Below, piece after piece: positions 59,085 through 64,000 of a DNA stretch of 64,000 nt. The notes below the pieces were generated by a model. The model was not told the origin of the DNA. It searched no databases and worked only from the letters and a program-made list of their open reading frames with translations. The DNA is from Macrostomum lignano (taxonomy: Eukaryota). Position 1 is the first letter of the stretch. Each line of letters begins with the position of its first letter. The translations under genes and the position numbers were made by a program. Location of the stretch: positions 124,001 to 188,000 of the forward strand of contig NIVC01000962.1 of the NCBI GenBank assembly GCA_002269645.1. Direction: 5' to 3'.

Positions 59085-59440
59085 CTTGGTGGGAGAATTC
59101 TAAATATGATACATCTAAATCAGATAATTTTAGATAGGAGAATTCTAGATGGGAGAATTCTAGATGGGAGAATTCTAAATGGGAGAATTTTAGATGGGAG
59201 AATCCTAGATGGGAGAATCCTAGATGGGAGAATCCTAGATGAGAGAGTTCTAGATAGGAGAATTCTAAATGGGATAAATCTACATGAGATAATTTTAGAT
59301 GGGATAGTTCTAGATGGGAGAATTCTAGATGGGAGAATTCTAGATGGGAGAGTTCTAGATGGGAGAATTCTAGATGGGAGAATTCTAGATGGGGGAATTC
59401 TAGATGGGGAATTCTAAATGGAAGAATTCTAAATGGGAGA
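59085..59440. repeat. 15-bp minisatellite TAGATGGGAGAATTC
   Basis: Tandem copies starting ~30 nt after the exon 6 donor. Confidence 0.92.
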
Positions 59441-60611
59441 ATTCAGGGAAGCGAGAAAATGTCTGGGGAGAAACTCCAAAGGGGAGAGCAGGCGTTAATA
59501 CATCTATCAAAGGCAAGATAGTGATGGCTGATTCAGCCCTAATTAAAACTTCTCTCATGTTCTCGGGGTCGCCCGGAGACTCCAGAGAAGGAAGACAGAC
59601 AGAAATGCTATTATAGAAGTCAAAGCAGACCGGAGCAAAATGAGAAGTGACAATCATTTCCCGCTGCGTAGCGGAGCATTAGCCCAGGCAAAAGAAAAGA
59701 AACAGCTAAAAGGATGTGACCAGCTATTATTATTCGGCAAGGCGGCTCCGAGGCGTGAGATGTGATTTGGCAAAAATGCCGCACAAGGATCCCCCAAAAT
59801 CTCAGGAGCCTGGCAGAGCAAAATGTCTTGCCAAAACGAATCTGGGAGCGGAGGCGCTGACGCGGGATGCGATGGGAGAGGCTGGGGGAGAATCTGAAAA
59901 ATGGCGGTCTCCAAGGCTGAAAGACCCCAGCAGCGATGTGATTAATGATTCCCCAGCCGGCCACCTAGATCTGCCGCGAGCCAAATTCAACAACAACAGC
60001 AGCAGCACCCAGATGTGGAAATGAGCCGGGGAGCTGGCAGATTCCGCAACTTGGCACCCCCGTGAGTCGATGCCCCCCTCCCAGCAGTAATGAGATAAGC
60101 AGATGATGGGCCCGGGACTCACTTGGGCACCGGGCATTGATTTCTCTGCTGTCCGCTCCGCTGCCTGCCTTCCTGCGGCCGCCGGGGCGGAGATGAATAT
60201 GTAATAAACATGATTTCGACGTTCCAGCATTAAAGTCGAAAGCTTTGCTCTGTGCGGTGGGGTCCCAGCGATTAACGCAGGGAGAAGTCAGCCATGGGGA
60301 GTGATTGAATTATGATCAGTGAGCGGCGACTGTGTCGGGCCCGTCATCTCCAGCTTCACTGGCCCCATCTCTATTGCTCTCATATTGATTGTCCCTCAGG
60401 CGACAAGGCGGAGTCTGTAAGGCACAAATTTCTCGGCACAGATTCGGTTTTTGGGCGGAGCAGCTTCTTCAAGATAATTGGAACATTTTCCAACCGACTT
60501 GATCAGAACTTATGGGGATTTCTGGTCCGGCTCTGGGACTCTGGTGGTCATCTTATTGCTTATTTATGAGCGAATTGTTTTCCAAAAGTTGGTTAGCGAA
60601 ATTGGCTGGCA

Positions 60612-61150
60612 AGAGGAGAGATGGGAGGGAAGAGGAGAGATGTGAGGGAAGAGGAGAGATGTGAGGGAAGAGGAGAGATGTGAGGGAAGAGGAGAGATGT
60701 GAGGGAAGAGGAGAGATGTGAGGGAAGAGGAGAGTTGGGATGAAAGGGGAGAGATGAGAGATGAGAGAGAAGATGAGAGATGGGAGGGAAGAGGAGAGAT
60801 GTGAGGGAAGAGGAGAGATGTGAGGGAAGAGGAGAGATGTGAGGGAAGAGGAGAGATGTGAGGGAAGAGGAGAGATGTGAGGGAAGAGGAGAGATGTGAG
60901 GGAAGAGGAGAGATGTGAGGGAAGAGGAGAGATGTGAGGGAAGAGGAGAGTTGGGAGGAAAGGGGAGAGATGAGAGATGAGAGAGAAGATGAGAGATGGG
61001 AGGGAAGAGGAGAGATGGGAGGGAAGGGGAGAGATGAGAGAGAAGAGGAGAGGGGAGGGAAGAGGAGAGATGTGAGGGAAGAGGAGAGATGGGAGGGAAA
61101 GGGGAGAAATGAGAAAGGAATGGGGGAGATGGGAGGGAAGGGGAGAGAAG
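60612..61150. repeat. Purine-rich 20-bp minisatellite GAGGGAAGAGGAGAGATGTG-type
   Basis: Tandem copies. Confidence 0.9.
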
Positions 61151-61734
61151 GAAGAGTCTGAGGTCAATCCCAGCAGTTCCAAAAAGCAAACAAACAAAGC
61201 AAGCTCACTAAGAAAGCAGCGGCGGCCCAGTTTAAAAATGCAATTCTTCATACTGCCCAGCCAGTCAGACACGTCAATTCACAATTTCTGTTATCTACAA
61301 ATGAAAGTCAGGCATTCAGAGGGGCGGAGAGAAAGATGGAGCTAAGCCAAAGAATCTGGGCTATCAAAAAATTTAAGATAACAAAAATAAAGTGGGGAGA
61401 CCCACAGAGAACGATAGAGACAGAGGGCCAGAGAGACAGAGTGGCTCTGAGGCGCGCAGCAAAACTGTGACAGCACAAGAAGAATGACTTCTGATGTTGG
61501 CGATTCCGGGCTCGAGTCCGAAATGCTGATTGCGAAGAGTTCGGGTGGTGGGGGAGTAATGGGAACTGGGATGTAGCGGATTTGGATAGGCGCTAAATCA
61601 CTTGGGTTTCTGCTGCTTTATGCGCACTGCAATGCCATCTTTGTCCGTTTGAGGCAATTATTCCGAGCTCCAATCCCCCCCCCCCCCGAGGTGACAGATG
61701 GGAGTTCGGAGACTGCTGTAATGATAAATGTAAT

Positions 61735-64000
61735 GATTATCAAGCATTGAGTATCAAGCATTGAGTATCAAGCACTGAGTATCAAGCACTGAGTATCAAG
61801 CACTGAGTATCAAGCACTGAGTATCAAGCATTGAATATCAAGTGAATTGAGTATCAAGCATTGAATATCAAGTGAATTGAGTATCAAGCATTGAATATCA
61901 AGTGAATTGAGTATCAAGCATTGAGTATCAAGCATTGAATATCAAGCATTGAGTATCAAGCATTGAGTATCAAGCATTGAGTATCAAGCATTGAGTATCA
62001 AGCATTGAATATCAAGTGAATTGAGTATCAAGCATTGAGTATCAAGCATTGAGTATCAAGCATTGAGTATCAAGCATTGAGTATCAAGCACTGAGTATCA
62101 AGCACTGTGTATCAAGCATTGAATATCAAGTGAATTGAGTATCAAGCACTGAGTATCAAGAATTGAGTATCAAGCATTGAATATCAAGTGAATTGAGTAT
62201 CAAGCATTGAATATCAAGTGAATTGAGTATCAAGCACTGAGTATCAAGAATTGAGTATCAAGCATTGAATATCAAGTGAATTGAGTATCAAGCATTGAAT
62301 ATCAAGTGAATTGAGTATCAAGCATTGAATATCAAGTGAATTGAGTATCAAGCATTGAATATCAAGTGAATTGAGTATCAAGCATTGAGTATCAAGCACT
62401 GAGTATCAAGCATTGAGTATCAAGCACTGAGTATCAAGAATTGAGTATCAAGCATTAAATATCAAGTGAATTGAGTATCAAGCATTGAGTATCAAGCATT
62501 GAGTATCAAGCATTGAATATCAAGCATTGAATATCAAGCATTGAGTATCAAGCATTGAATATCAAGTGAATTGAGTATCAAGCATTGAATATCAAGCATT
62601 GAGTATCAAGCATTGAGTATCAAGCATTGAGTATCAAGCATTGAGTATCAAGCATTGAGTATCAAGCATTGAATATCAAGTGAATTGAATATCAAGCATT
62701 GAGTATCAAGCATTGAGTATCAAGCACTGAGTATCAAGCACTGAGTATCAAGCACTGAGTATCAAGCACTGAGTATCAAGCATTGAATATCAAGTGAATT
62801 GAGTATCAAGCACTGAGTATCAAGAATTGAGTATCAAGCATTGAATATCAAGTGAATTGAGTATCAAGCATTGAATATCAAGTGAATTGAGTATCAAGCA
62901 TTGAATATCAAGTGAATTGAGTATCAAGCATTGAATATCAAGTGAATTGAGTATCAAGCATTGAGTATCAAGCACTGAGTATCAAGCATTGAGTATCAAG
63001 CACTGAGTATCAAGAATTGAGTATCAAGCATTGAATATCAAGTGAATTGAGTATCAAGCATTGAGTATCAAGCATTGAGTATCAAGCATTGAATATCAAG
63101 CATTGAATATCAAGCATTGAGTATCAAGCATTGAATATCAAGTGAATTGAGTATCAAGCATTGAATATCAAGCATTGAGTATCAAGCATTGAGTATCAAG
63201 CATTGAGTATCAAGCATTGAGTATCAAGCATTGAATATCAAGCATTGAATATCAAGCATTGAGTATCAAGCATTGAGTATCAAGCATTGAATATCAAGTG
63301 AATTGAGTATCAAGCATTGAATATCAAGCATTGAATATCAAGCACTGAGTATCAGGCACTGAGTATCAAGAATTGAGTATCAAGAATTGAGTATCAAGCA
63401 TTGAATATCAAGTGAATTGAGTATCAAGCATTGAATATCAAGTGAATTGAGTATCAAGCACTGAGTATCAAGAATTGAGTATCAAGCATTGAATATCAAG
63501 TGAATTGAGTATCAAGCATTGAATATCAAGTGAATTGAGTATCAAGCACTGAGTATCAAGAATTGAGTATCAAGCATTGAATATCAAGTGAATTGAGTAT
63601 CAAGCATTGAATATCAAGTGAATTGAGTATCAAGAATTGAATATCAAGTGAATTGAGTATCAAGCATTGAATATCAAGCATTGAGTATCAAGCATTGAAT
63701 ATCAAGCATTGAGTATCAAGCATTGAGTATCAAGCATTGAATATCAAGCATTGAATATCAAGCATTGAGTATCAAGCATTGAGTATCAAGCATTGAATAT
63801 CAAGTGAATTGAGTATCAAGCATTGAATATCAAGCATTGAGTATCAAGCATTGAGTATCAAGCATTGAGTATCAAGCATTGAGTATCAAGCATTGAATAT
63901 CAAGTGAATTGAGTATCAAGCATTGAATATCAAGCATTGAGTATCAAGCATTGAGTATCAAGCATTGAGTATCAAGCATTGAGTATCAAGCATTGAATAT
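61735..64000. repeat. 14/16-bp composite satellite GAGTATCAAGCATT / GAATATCAAGTGAATT, running off the window
   Basis: Direct reading. Confidence 0.96.

Noticed and set aside
59716-60024. Next dachshund DD2 exon
   Set aside because: No ELKME/LRERE-like coiled-coil continuation in the phase-1 frame; no convincing exon found before the window ends.

Overview
Eukaryotic (animal) genomic DNA, extremely repeat-rich, with GC-rich spliceosomal exons. The style (huge (CAGA)n microsatellites, minisatellite-filled introns, polyQ/A/P/G proteins) resembles the flatworm Macrostomum lignano, but that assignment is inference only. Left to right: (1) probable 3' exons of an unidentified + strand gene. Its long intron holds a telomere-like (TTAGGG-TTTAGG)n array interrupted by a full-length APE-RT-RNaseH non-LTR retrotransposon (1389-6764) with SART1-like traits: TT|AGG junction, overlapping TAATG stop-start, and a long 3' stem. 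(2) A - strand coding exon of an unknown gene, probably head-to-head with (3) a complete BiP/HSPA5 gene (4 coding exons, KDEL) whose promoter has a perfect HSE, a perfect ERSE, a UPRE-like site and TATA. (4) About 30 kb of repeats, including a ~17.8 kb satellite (238-bp and ~69-bp subunits, 849-bp to 1940-bp higher-order repeats) inside a region bounded by inverted motifs, and a young Ty3/Gypsy element (identical 194-bp LTRs, ATAT TSD, tRNA-Leu PBS, -1 frameshift signal) whose pol is broken by an 89-bp templated duplication. (5) Six coding exons of dachshund (DD1 and the start of DD2), with tandem arrays in most introns; the gene runs off the right edge. No CRISPR, rRNA or intact tRNA genes were found. 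Most entries in the ORF track are repeat-derived or antisense artefacts.
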